Part shown: positions 15,774 to 25,119 of the stretch, in pieces
Numbering within the stretch: the first letter of the stretch is position 1
Layout: the number at the start of each line of letters is the position of its first letter
From: a virus
Taxonomy: Duplodnaviria; Heunggongvirae; Uroviricota; Caudoviricetes
Reading direction: 5' to 3' (one strand)
Virus record (IMG/VR): IMGVR_UViG_2534681936_000014
Coordinates: 1 to 35,002 of that record
Length of the DNA stretch: 35,002 nt
Notes under the pieces: model-generated
Seen by the model: the letters and a program-made list of their open reading frames with translations, nothing else
Told to the model about the DNA's origin: nothing
Databases searched by the model: none
Translations under genes and position numbers: made by a program

Positions 15774-18700
15774 ATGCAATCAATCCAATTTAAACGAACT
15801 AATGTTTCTGGCAAAAAACCAACGCCGGAACAATTACAGGTCGGTGAGGTAGCAATCAACCTTAAAGACCATGTTATTTTTACCAAAGACCGAGATCATG
15901 AAGTAGTTCAAATCTCTGTTTCTCCTGAAACTCACGCGGCACTAGAATCTAAAGTTGATGCTAACAAACAAGAATTGGATAGCACAATTGCAGTAAATGA
16001 CCGCAATATTCACGCTAAAGTAGATGAAATTAAACAAACTACTGATTCTACTATCGCAGCAAATCATGCAGAAATTAACAATAAAGTTGATGTAATTAAA
16101 CGCGAAACCGACGCGACAATCGAAGCTAATAAAAATAAAGCTGCTTCCGATCTTGCTGGTGTTAAAGCTGAATTGTCGGATACCATCAACGCTAATAAAA
16201 ATGCGGCTGCTGTAGCAACTCAGGAACTGGACACCCGCATCAATAAAAAAGTTGATGATATTAAATCCCGTACTGATGCAACCATCGCAAGCAATCACAA
16301 AGCAATCAATGACAAAGTTGATTTGATTAAGGCAGAAACTGACCGCACTATCGCAGCAAATCAAGCCTATGCGGAAAATCAGTTAACTGACACCTACAAT
16401 AACCTTACTGGTGTGATTGCAGCTAATAAGCAAGAGGCAGCGGATAGCGTCGCAGCATTAACCCGTGATGTTGAAGCCAAAAATACAGCAATTCATAGCA
16501 AAATTGACAACAACAAGGTTTACACTGATTCTGAATTGGCACGCTTAGAAAGCCGTATTGATGCAGCCGATGGATCTGCTGATGGCAAGTACATCAAAAA
16601 ACACGTAAACACTTATACTGATGGTTATTTGCTGTCTAAGACCGCAAACTATTTTGATGATCCAAATGCGCGTAATCTTGATTACTTTGGTGCATTCCGC
16701 ATGAATGACCTGGCGGGTCATATTGCAATGATCTTGCATGTTCCGCATCCATCTGGTGTTAATCATGCTCGTGGCTTTGAGTTCACTTATGGGTCTAATC
16801 CACATGCTACTGTAAGAACATACGGCTATGATGAATTAGGTAATTTGTCATATTCTCACCGCATGTATCATGAAGGCGATAAACCTACTCCGGCTGAAAT
16901 TGGCGCATATTCGAAAGCAGAAATTGACCGACTGTTCCAGAAGACGCTTAATTTTGGGATCGAGGGTGGTTGGTTTAAACTCGGTAGTTTAACACTGCCA
17001 CAGCAACACGGTCGTAGTGCTAAGATCCGCTTAGTTGGTGGTAACGGTTATAACGTCGGGATGAATGGACAAGCCAATATTATCGAATTGGTGATTCGAT
17101 GCGGCAACAATAGCCCGAAAGGTGTTGTATTCAATGCTTATTATAGCATCTGGTATCACGAACAACATTTTTGTGCAATTCCTACCGATGGTGATAATTA
17201 CGATCTTTACGCTTACTACGGTGCACATACAGGATTTGTTTTAGCAGAATATCAAGTTTCTTCCGGTGGTGTTTCTTTAAACCTGTTGGATACTCCTGAA
17301 TATCTGGGTGGTGAAAAACCTGTTGCAGATGAAATTTTTGATGCTCTTAACATTTCATCGTTCAATAACTTTAGCAACCGTGGGACGTTAAATTTTGCTG
17401 GAAACCATCAAGGCCAATATGACATTGAGCATATGAACGAACAACAAACTAACAGCAAAAAGATGTTGCGTCGCTTCCGTAGTTCTGCTCCTGCCACTAT
17501 CTGGCACGAAAGTGTTGATGACCAAAATTATCGTCTTGCTACTGGTTATGACGATGTAAACCAACAATTATTGCTTTCGGCTGCAACCGGGTTACATGTC
17601 AAGAGATTAACATTGGATGGCGGTGTTGGTAATGCCGGTATTGACATTCGTCGAGGACCAAACGAATCAAGCCATTTTAATTTTATGGATTATCGCACTG
17701 GTCAAGATGTTCGTAATGGCTGGTTTGGTTTTGGTGATTTGACGACCAAAGATTTTATTTGGTGGAACGATAACGGCCAAAACTCGATAAACCTGATTGA
17801 AGATGGCGAGTTGCATATTACTGGTGGTAAAGGCCAGAAAATTGTAATGAATAGCGAAGTTGCATTATCCGAAAATGCTCGTTTGGCTGTCAAAGGCGGT
17901 AACTATGGTTTGATATTACGCAATGATGGTTCTAGCTTCCATATTCTTACTACCGATTTAAAAGATTCTTTTGGTAATTGGAATAATCGCAGACCATTCA
18001 GTTATGATTTTGCGGACGGTGGATTATATTTAGGTGGTACTGAAACTGCTCGTTGTTTGCATCTTGGAATTGATGGTAGCACTCGTCTCGAAGACAACCT
18101 GTTCTTTAAAGCTGGTTCTCGTCAATCTATGGACTATATGGAACTCGTCCATTGGGGTGCAAGCAATACAGGTCGAAATAACGTTTTAAGTCTTCGTGAC
18201 TCAAAAGGATTTTTAGCCGAATTTGAACGTCTATGGGATAATACTACCAAAAACACCTTCTTCGGGAAAATGAAAATTAATCGTGGATCTGATGCAATTA
18301 TCATGAATGCCGAAAGTGGTGATTCGTCTGTATATTTGTTGGGTACGTGTGCTGACAACAACAACTGGTATATTGGTAAAGGCGGTGGTGATAATGGATT
18401 AGCGTTCTATAGCTATGCTACTAATGCCGCGATAAATCTTACGAACGCTGGGGATATTGCATTAAGTCCAAAAGGCGTCGAAATGGTTCATGTTAATAAC
18501 GCTCGATTATATGTTCATGGTGAACGTTGGACCGCTAGTCAACCAGGTGATTGGGGTAATCAGTGGCGAGTGGAAGCGCCAATATTCGTCGATCATGGCT
18601 ATGTTGGACAAGACTGTTATTATCCGATTGTTAAAGCAAGAAGTTTAATCACCAATCAAGGGTATACAACTGCCGTCGATTTTGGTATGCGTCGTATCCC

Positions 18701-19199
18701 TAACAATTGGGGACAAGCAATTATTCGTGTTGGATCTGCGGAAAACTCACCTGATAACGGACACCCTCAAGCTGTATTTGAGTTCCATCACGATGGGTTC
18801 TTTTACACGCCGGGTAACGGTAGCTTTAACGATGTGCATATTCGATCTGATGAACGTCTTAAGATCAACAAGGAAGAATTGGAAGAAGGTGCGCTGGATA
18901 AATTAAACAGCTTAACCGTATATTCCTACGATAAAGTTAAATCACTTTCTGATGATACAGTGGTTGGACGCGAATTAGGTGTCATTGCTCAAGATGTGGA
19001 AAAAGTTATGCCGGAAGCTGTGCACGTTTGCAGCGATGGAGATACCGAAAATCCAGGAGAAATTAAAACTATTTCTGTTTCTAGTATCAATGCTCTTTTC
19101 GTGAAAGCCTTTCAGGAATTAACGACTAAGTATGATGCGATGAACGAAGAGTTGAAAGCTGTTAAAGCTGAACTTGCGGCTATTAAATCCTGTAAATGA
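15774..19199 (+). CDS. Tail fiber protein with C-terminal S74-type intramolecular chaperone (self-cleaving) domain
   Basis: 1141 aa; N-terminal shaft built from about 22-aa repeats (KVDxIKxxTDxTIAAN); C-terminal region ...SDERLKINKEELEEGALDKLNSLTVYSYDKV...GVIAQDVEKVMPEAVH... matches the signature of endosialidase / T5 L-shaped-fiber chaperone domains from memory. Confidence 0.85.
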   Translation: MQSIQFKRTNVSGKKPTPEQLQVGEVAINLKDHVIFTKDRDHEVVQISVSPETHAALESKVDANKQELDSTIAVNDRNIHAKVDEIKQTTDSTIAANHAEINNKVDVIKRETDATIEANKNKAASDLAGVKAELSDTINANKNAAAVATQELDTRINKKVDDIKSRTDATIASNHKAINDKVDLIKAETDRTIAANQAYAENQLTDTYNNLTGVIAANKQEAADSVAALTRDVEAKNTAIHSKIDNNKVYTDSELARLESRIDAADGSADGKYIKKHVNTYTDGYLLSKTANYFDDPNARNLDYFGAFRMNDLAGHIAMILHVPHPSGVNHARGFEFTYGSNPHATVRTYGYDELGNLSYSHRMYHEGDKPTPAEIGAYSKAEIDRLFQKTLNFGIEGGWFKLGSLTLPQQHGRSAKIRLVGGNGYNVGMNGQANIIELVIRCGNNSPKGVVFNAYYSIWYHEQHFCAIPTDGDNYDLYAYYGAHTGFVLAEYQVSSGGVSLNLLDTPEYLGGEKPVADEIFDALNISSFNNFSNRGTLNFAGNHQGQYDIEHMNEQQTNSKKMLRRFRSSAPATIWHESVDDQNYRLATGYDDVNQQLLLSAATGLHVKRLTLDGGVGNAGIDIRRGPNESSHFNFMDYRTGQDVRNGWFGFGDLTTKDFIWWNDNGQNSINLIEDGELHITGGKGQKIVMNSEVALSENARLAVKGGNYGLILRNDGSSFHILTTDLKDSFGNWNNRRPFSYDFADGGLYLGGTETARCLHLGIDGSTRLEDNLFFKAGSRQSMDYMELVHWGASNTGRNNVLSLRDSKGFLAEFERLWDNTTKNTFFGKMKINRGSDAIIMNAESGDSSVYLLGTCADNNNWYIGKGGGDNGLAFYSYATNAAINLTNAGDIALSPKGVEMVHVNNARLYVHGERWTASQPGDWGNQWRVEAPIFVDHGYVGQDCYYPIVKARSLITNQGYTTAVDFGMRRIPNNWGQAIIRVGSAENSPDNGHPQAVFEFHHDGFFYTPGNGSFNDVHIRSDERLKINKEELEEGALDKLNSLTVYSYDKVKSLSDDTVVGRELGVIAQDVEKVMPEAVHVCSDGDTENPGEIKTISVSSINALFVKAFQELTTKYDAMNEELKAVKAELAAIKSCK
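15952..16380 (+). repeat. Intragenic tandem repeats, about 66-bp period, encoding the fiber shaft
   Basis: Successive units starting near 15952, 16018, 16084, 16249 and 16315 all begin AAAGTxGATG...ATTAAA...ACxGA. Confidence 0.6.
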
Positions 19200-19287
19200 T
19201 ATAAATGGGGGGAACACCCCCATTTAACTAAATAAATAGAATTACGGGCATGTACCCTATTGTTTAAAAAATAGAAGGAAAAGAATA

Positions 19288-19758
19288 ATGACTACTAAAT
19301 TTGATATTTTCTCTGGTGGCCTCGTTGGTCTGTTTCTGCAAGAAGATGTAGCTAACGTTGATCTTGACGCTGAAACTTATCTGGAAATTCCAGAATGCGC
19401 AGCGTTCCCGGAAACTGGTGTAGAACGTTCTACTATCGATGTTCCTAACTTCTCTGGTGCTTATAACCGTAAGCTGGTTGGTCGTATGTCTGTACCGGAT
19501 ATCGAACTTTCGATCAACTACATGCCGGGTAACGAAGTACACGAAAAACTGATTAAAGCAACCGAAGACGGTAAGCGCGTACAGCTTAAAATTGCTTACT
19601 ACATCGATGCTACGAAAAAATCTGGTGTACATATCGCTTATAACGGCTTCCTGTCTAAAACTACCATGACTGGTGGTGAGGATGCTGTAGTAGGCCGTAC
19701 CTTCACCTTTGTAGTAGATGGTGCTCCGGTTAAACAAGCTGTTTTCCAGAAAGTCTAA
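19288..19758 (+). CDS. Major tail (tube) protein
   Basis: 156 aa; highly biased highly-expressed codon usage; immediately upstream of the chaperone pair and tape measure gene; strong terminator directly after. Confidence 0.65.
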   Translation: MTTKFDIFSGGLVGLFLQEDVANVDLDAETYLEIPECAAFPETGVERSTIDVPNFSGAYNRKLVGRMSVPDIELSINYMPGNEVHEKLIKATEDGKRVQLKIAYYIDATKKSGVHIAYNGFLSKTTMTGGEDAVVGRTFTFVVDGAPVKQAVFQKV

Positions 19759-19767
19759 TATTATCTA

Positions 19768-19795
19768 GCCATCCTTCGGGGTGGCTTTTTTGTTT
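19768..19795 (+). terminator. Rho-independent terminator (AGCCATCC-TTCG-GGGTGGCT then T7)
   Basis: Read directly after the tail tube gene. Confidence 0.75.
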
Positions 19796-19840
19796 CCAAT
19801 TCTAAATAAACATATCTAATTAACTTAAGAGGAAACAATA

Positions 19841-20149
19841 ATGAATATTAATGAAATGTTAGCCGCACTCTCTCCGAAACGCGAATCTCTGACCATCGGT
19901 GGATTTACTTTCTATGCTCGCCCTATGTCAGTAAAAGAATTTAATGAACATGTTTTCAATACCGATAAAGAAGACCGTGATGAACGTTCTATTCTTCGTT
20001 GTATTGAAGATGAAGATGGTAAGCCAGTATTTGAATCTATGGAACAAGTTAAAGCACTGTATACTAACGTCCGCAGTGAATTAATCGGTTTAGTTGCTCA
20101 AGCGTCATTGATGCAAGATCCGGCAGTAATTGAAAACGAGGTAAAGTAA
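19841..20149 (+). CDS. Tail assembly chaperone (lambda G-like)
   Basis: 102 aa; AGAGGAAA RBS; located between the tail tube and tape measure genes. Confidence 0.6.
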   Translation: MNINEMLAALSPKRESLTIGGFTFYARPMSVKEFNEHVFNTDKEDRDERSILRCIEDEDGKPVFESMEQVKALYTNVRSELIGLVAQASLMQDPAVIENEVK

Positions 20150-20178
20150 ACCCGCTTCTGAATTTCTATTTCCGGCAA

Positions 20179-20520
20179 ATGATGAGATCGGGGCTTAGTA
20201 AAGATGAAATGGATAATATGCCAATCACTCTGTTTTGGAAATTATACATTTTCGACACCTACTTAGAACCACAAAGCCCCGCGTTTCATGATATGCAGAA
20301 TGCGATGTTGCAATATTCCATGTATATGACTTCGCAAGGAATGACACGCGAAACTGCACGCAAACTCAAGCCTAGCCAATTCCAATTAATTAGAGAAGAA
20401 AAACTCTTTAAAACTAAAGAAGAACTGGAAGAAATTGCACGCAAGAAAGAAGAAGAACGTAAAGCGGCAATGCTGAACATGTTTGATCCATCTTTGCTTG
20501 AGAAACTCAGAAGCGGTTAA
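20179..20520 (+). CDS. Tail assembly chaperone extension (lambda T-like), probably made as a frameshift fusion with the upstream ORF
   Basis: 113 aa in the -1 frame relative to 19841-20149; this frame is open from 20134, overlapping the upstream stop; no RBS before ATG 20179. Confidence 0.5.
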   Translation: MMRSGLSKDEMDNMPITLFWKLYIFDTYLEPQSPAFHDMQNAMLQYSMYMTSQGMTRETARKLKPSQFQLIREEKLFKTKEELEEIARKKEEERKAAMLNMFDPSLLEKLRSG

Positions 20521-20531
20521 AGGGGTAATTT

Positions 20532-22961
20532 ATGACAAAACATATAGTAACAATAGAAGGGGATAATAAAGGTCTAAGGAGAAGTACCAATGAAGCCGCT
20601 AACCTTCTAGATAGTTTGTCTGAAAAGGCAAGTAATATTGATTTTGGCGGTGGTTTATCTGGTTTGACTGGATCTCTTCGTGGGATCGCTGGCTCTGCTG
20701 GTTTGGCTGCTGGTGGTATCGGCTTAGTTGCGACCGCAGTTTTTGCAGCCGCTAAAGCTGGCGCGGAATACGTTAAACAGTATTCAGAAGTATCTAAGGC
20801 GACCGGACTATCGATTGAATCCCTTCAAAGACTGGAAAAGGAATTTTCTGGCACTGGCTTAACAGTTGAAAAATTTGGTGATATCAACAAAGACACCTTA
20901 GACAAGATGGGTGATGCATGGGCTAACGGTGGTGGTATTGCCGATGATTTAGAATCGGTTGGCCTTAAGTTAGAAAACTATGCTCACTTCATGACCGATC
21001 CGCAAGGTGGTATGAAAGCGGCGATCCAAGTGTTCTATGACATGAAGAAAGCCGGAAAATCAATGGCTGAAATCAAGTTCATGATGGAATCTTTAGCCAG
21101 TGATTCAAGCCATATGACCAGCCAGCTTGAGAAATATAATAGTGCTCAAGAGGCGATGATCGCTATTCAGAATCAATCTGTTAACGTCACCGAAGAAAAC
21201 GCTAAAAAATATGATAAATTTTCTCAAAATATCAATAAGCTGGAAAATAACCTGAAAGGTGTCGGTATGACCATTACTGGTCCGCTGGTTGATAGTTTAA
21301 ACTGGTTATTCGAATGGTTTAATATTGATTGGGAAAAGAGTTCTCTATTCAGGGCATTAGACCGACTGAATAAAGAAGGCAAGACCGCAACTGGCGGTAT
21401 TCTTAACGCCAACCATAAAGACGCTCAAAAGATTATTGACAAGTACAATAAAGAAAAGCGTTGGAATAATCTGGCAGATTGGGAAAAGGCCGCGATCCGT
21501 GGTGCTGGTGTTGATCCTCGTACTGCTGGCTTTGATGTTGAAGGATTTAAGAAACGTTTTGGTGATTCTTATAAGAAAAATGGCTCTCTGATTGTTGTCG
21601 ATAACGGGGAACATCTAACCCGCAAGGCAGATCCTAACCGTGATTTGACTATCCCGACTACACCAACTCGACCAGCTTCATTGGGTAAGTCTGGCAACGA
21701 GAAGAAAGCCGAGGAAGAAGCCAAAAAGAAAGCGGAAGAGGCAGCTAAAAAGGCTAAGGAAGCCGCAGAAAAAGCACAGAAAGCACGCGAGGATGCAATC
21801 AAGCGACTGAATGCACTTGATGTTAAATTGCAAGGGCAAGTTGCAGCGTCTATCACTTCTCAAAATAGCCAGTTGCAAAACAGCTTAAAAGATGTGAACG
21901 ACGCGTTAGCTCTGGGCTTAATCTCTCAGGAAGACGCAGCCGCGAAACGCCAGGCGCTAATCGATCAGAATACTGAAAACGTTTATAAAATGATGTTGGG
22001 TGCTGATCCGATTGATGCTCTGAATGCTTTAACACAATTGCAACAAATCAGGGACAACGAGCTAGAAAGCCATAAACGGTTACTTGATGGTAAAGCTATC
22101 TCCTACGAAGAATATATGCGTCGTGTGAACGATACCGAGCAAAACTATTCTCAGATTGAAAATTCTTTACAGGGAATGGATGGTTATAAAACCAATCAAT
22201 TAACTAGTGGTTATGATTATCAAGACTCAAATAATCCGTTTGCTAAATTTAATGCAATCGATAAAGAGAAATCGGAAGCGGAACAAGATTATAAGACCGA
22301 TAAACTCAAGATTGATGGGATCACCGATCCGGCTAAACGGATGGTAGCATTAGAAAAACTCAATGAAAACCATCAAAAACGAATGGCTGCAATTGAGAAG
22401 AAATATGCTGATGCTCGCCAGTCAATAGCTGATGATATGTACGGCGGTTTTGCTGCTGCAATGACTCTCTTCGGGCAGGAAAACACTAAAGCAATGCAGA
22501 TGGCTTTCAATGCTCATAAAGCATTCTCCATTGGACAAGCGACGGTGAACATGTGGACGGCTGCTACCGATGCATGGAACGATCCGACCAACGTAACCAC
22601 AGGACAAAAAATCGCTGCTGCTGCATTGGCTGTTTCTCAGAACATGGGAAACATCGCAAACATCAAGTCTACTAACGTTAGCGGTATGGCTCATGATGGT
22701 ATCGATAACATCCCGCGTGAGGGTACATGGTTACTTGACAAGGGCGAGAGGGTTATAGATCAACGCACCAACGGTGATTTAAAAGATTTCCTTGCTAATA
22801 ATAAAGCAGGAAACTATAACTCTCAGCCGATTGAAGTTAATGCGCCTTTGAACATTAACGGCAACGTTAATAGCTCAGACAAGATGGTCATGGATGCTAT
22901 CAAACGTCACGCTAAGTTAGTTGCGCAGCATGTAGAAGACGTTCAGCGTCGTAAGATGTAA
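20532..22961 (+). CDS. Tail tape measure protein
   Basis: 809 aa; AAAGGGGTAA RBS; Gly/Ala-rich N-terminal hydrophobic segment; long helical, charged middle region (KKAEEEAKKKAEEAAKKAKEAAEKAQKARE); position after the G/T pair. Confidence 0.85.
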   Translation: MTKHIVTIEGDNKGLRRSTNEAANLLDSLSEKASNIDFGGGLSGLTGSLRGIAGSAGLAAGGIGLVATAVFAAAKAGAEYVKQYSEVSKATGLSIESLQRLEKEFSGTGLTVEKFGDINKDTLDKMGDAWANGGGIADDLESVGLKLENYAHFMTDPQGGMKAAIQVFYDMKKAGKSMAEIKFMMESLASDSSHMTSQLEKYNSAQEAMIAIQNQSVNVTEENAKKYDKFSQNINKLENNLKGVGMTITGPLVDSLNWLFEWFNIDWEKSSLFRALDRLNKEGKTATGGILNANHKDAQKIIDKYNKEKRWNNLADWEKAAIRGAGVDPRTAGFDVEGFKKRFGDSYKKNGSLIVVDNGEHLTRKADPNRDLTIPTTPTRPASLGKSGNEKKAEEEAKKKAEEAAKKAKEAAEKAQKAREDAIKRLNALDVKLQGQVAASITSQNSQLQNSLKDVNDALALGLISQEDAAAKRQALIDQNTENVYKMMLGADPIDALNALTQLQQIRDNELESHKRLLDGKAISYEEYMRRVNDTEQNYSQIENSLQGMDGYKTNQLTSGYDYQDSNNPFAKFNAIDKEKSEAEQDYKTDKLKIDGITDPAKRMVALEKLNENHQKRMAAIEKKYADARQSIADDMYGGFAAAMTLFGQENTKAMQMAFNAHKAFSIGQATVNMWTAATDAWNDPTNVTTGQKIAAAALAVSQNMGNIANIKSTNVSGMAHDGIDNIPREGTWLLDKGERVIDQRTNGDLKDFLANNKAGNYNSQPIEVNAPLNINGNVNSSDKMVMDAIKRHAKLVAQHVEDVQRRKM

Positions 22962-22966
22962 TTAAA

Positions 22967-23010
22967 AGCCCCCATAGTCATAAATAATCATAAAACTATG
23001 GGGGCTTTTC
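22967..23010 (+). other. Long hairpin (11-bp stem AGCCCCCATAG / CTATGGGGGCT, 18-nt loop) between tape measure and the next gene, overlapping that gene's RBS
   Basis: Read directly; followed by TTTTC and ATG at 23012. Confidence 0.6.
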
Positions 23011-23011
23011 T

Positions 23012-23572
23012 ATGTTCAAATCCAAGAATATTAAAATCACAGATTTTACTCTTAAATCAAAACAGCCTTTCTTCAAGGCGCAATCTATCTCCGGTAAGTT
23101 CCAGCGTCGCTTTACTGGCATTCATTTTTATGAAGCAGAATTTACAGCTAATTTCATGGCTCAGGATATTAACGAAGTAAAAGAATTTGTAGCACGTCAC
23201 CTTTTTGGTCGTCCTTTCAATGTGCCACTGTCTTACTTTTCAAAATATACAGGTGATGTACGCCAGATGGTTACGGCTGCTGCTGGTACTGCTCGCGGTG
23301 GGCGTAAGGTGAGAATCTCCAACTTCACCGGAACACTGAAAGCAGGAACTATCATCCAGTTTGAGAACCACAAGAAAATCTACACGATCACCGAAGACGT
23401 GAAATCAGGTGGCGAAATGAAACTCTTCCCTAACTTGCGTCAGAACGTCTTGGCGGGTGAGGTGATCAAGTATCAGAACGTAGAAGGTGAATTTGTTCTC
23501 AAAACTGAAAACATCGATTGGAAGATCGCCCAGATCGGCAAGATGAAATTTGAATTAGTGGAGAATGTATAA
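23012..23572 (+). CDS. Minor tail protein (tail-tip component, lambda M/L region equivalent)
   Basis: 186 aa, first gene after the tape measure gene; positional assignment. Confidence 0.5.
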   Translation: MFKSKNIKITDFTLKSKQPFFKAQSISGKFQRRFTGIHFYEAEFTANFMAQDINEVKEFVARHLFGRPFNVPLSYFSKYTGDVRQMVTAAAGTARGGRKVRISNFTGTLKAGTIIQFENHKKIYTITEDVKSGGEMKLFPNLRQNVLAGEVIKYQNVEGEFVLKTENIDWKIAQIGKMKFELVENV

Positions 23573-24225
23573 TGGCAACTATTCAGGAATCATTCAGCAA
23601 ACTATGCACTAATCTGGACTTCATCGAGGTATACAACGACCAGACAGGTCAGAATGTGTCTAGATTGACTCTACCGCAGCTTTTCTCCACTGGATCGATG
23701 TTTCACATTATCGAAGTAGTAACCGCGTCAGGGGACGTTCTACGGCTTACAGATGGGTACTTCGATTTGGACTATAACGGTTTTACGTATCTTGCAACGG
23801 GTGACTTTCTTCAAATCTCATCGAATACCGAAGAGAAGGAGATCAACAACAACGGGATCAACGTAACTGTTTCTAACGTCCGCGAAGAATACATTACCTT
23901 GATTCGAAACAAGCAATTCGATAAATCAGATGTGAAAATCGAGATGGTTTTCCTTAACCCTAACACGGGCAAGGTTGAAACTACTTACCCTGTTTTCCGT
24001 GGGGTAGTCGATTCCATCGGGATTAACATCGAACATGAAGATGATGAGTGTAAAAACGAATCAGAATTTCAGCTTAATAGTATCTGGGAAGTTCTAGATA
24101 AAAACGCTCGTAGTCATGCCTCTGATGGTATCCACCGATCATATGCTGGAAACGAGAACGATCTATTCTTCTCAAGGGCGGGTCGCTGGTTATCGGAAAG
24201 CAAGTGGCATTCGTCTAAAAAATAA
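23572..24225 (+). CDS. Minor tail protein (tail-tip component)
   Basis: 217 aa; start overlaps the upstream stop (TAATG); positional assignment. Confidence 0.5.
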   Translation: MATIQESFSKLCTNLDFIEVYNDQTGQNVSRLTLPQLFSTGSMFHIIEVVTASGDVLRLTDGYFDLDYNGFTYLATGDFLQISSNTEEKEINNNGINVTVSNVREEYITLIRNKQFDKSDVKIEMVFLNPNTGKVETTYPVFRGVVDSIGINIEHEDDECKNESEFQLNSIWEVLDKNARSHASDGIHRSYAGNENDLFFSRAGRWLSESKWHSSKK

Positions 24226-24299
24226 TACTGAAACTAAATGGCACACCAAAGCCCTCAATAAATATAGGAGAGATTCTTTATTTTTGAGGGCTTTCCTAT

Positions 24300-25073
24300 A
24301 TGCGAAAATTCCATTACGTTTATCACACCACTATTAAATCTAATCGCTCTGGTAAAATCTATCATTACGTCGGAAAAAGAACAACTACAAATCTAGACGA
24401 TGGATATGTGGGGTCGGGTAAAGTTATTAAAATGATGAAGCGTAAAAATAAAGAATCAGAAACCCCGATATATGAATTTGAAGTTGTTCGCTCAAAATTG
24501 TTTGATACTGCCGAGGAAGCGTTTGAATGTGAAATTCTGTTAGTGGAGGCAGCACGCGAAAAATGGGGGCGTGGTGTATGTCTTAATATTGCTCCTGGTG
24601 GTGTCGGTGGTTTTGATGGTGGTGAACATCACCCACTGTACGGAAAGAAACATAAGCCAGAAACAATCGAGAAATTTAGAAAGAACAACGCAGGTGAAGG
24701 AAACCCGATGTTTGGACGGGTAAGCCCAAAACGAGGAAGGAAGATAACTAATCCAGAAACGTTAGCTAAAATGTCCGCTGCAATGAAAGGCGCTAATAAT
24801 CCTCGATACGGCGCAATAGTCACCGAAGAAACACGCGCAAGAATTAGTAAGGCTTTATCTGGTCGAAAGATTACCGATCCTGTAGAAAAGGCTAACAGAA
24901 CTAAAGCAATTAGGGAATCGAAAGGTCAAGCATGTTGGCAACATTACGATGAAATTCGTCGTGTGTGGATCGAAAACGGTAAGCCCGGCGCGGCAAGATT
25001 ACGAACAATCATGATTGGCTTAGGCCATCCAAAATATGATCTTCGTAGAATGTGCGAAGACTTCAAGAAATAA
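24300..25073 (+). CDS. GIY-YIG homing endonuclease with NUMOD3-like repeats
   Basis: 257 aa; N-terminal HYVYHT...GKIYHYVGKRTT...GYVGSGK and FECEIL align with the I-TevI catalytic-domain pattern (GIYQIKN...VYVGSA...FECSIL) from memory; three G-x-x-H/NP-x-[YF]G-x-x-x-x-x-E-T-x-x-K-[IM]S repeats (HPLYGKKHKPETIEKF, NPMFGRVSPKRG...PETLAKMSAAM, NPRYGAIVTEETRARISKAL). Confidence 0.8.
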   Translation: MRKFHYVYHTTIKSNRSGKIYHYVGKRTTTNLDDGYVGSGKVIKMMKRKNKESETPIYEFEVVRSKLFDTAEEAFECEILLVEAAREKWGRGVCLNIAPGGVGGFDGGEHHPLYGKKHKPETIEKFRKNNAGEGNPMFGRVSPKRGRKITNPETLAKMSAAMKGANNPRYGAIVTEETRARISKALSGRKITDPVEKANRTKAIRESKGQACWQHYDEIRRVWIENGKPGAARLRTIMIGLGHPKYDLRRMCEDFKK

Positions 25074-25119
25074 TCCCTTCTCCCTAAGCCTAGTAAATAA
25101 CAGCATGGAGGTATTCAAC

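Noticed and set aside
15942-16364. 140-aa minus-strand ORF within the fiber gene
   Set aside because: Antisense to the tail fiber repeat region; Cys/Phe/Ile-rich nonsense composition.
24116-24337. 73-aa plus-strand ORF overlapping the end of 23572-24225 and the homing endonuclease start
   Set aside because: Overlaps two better-supported genes in a different frame; no RBS; likely spurious.
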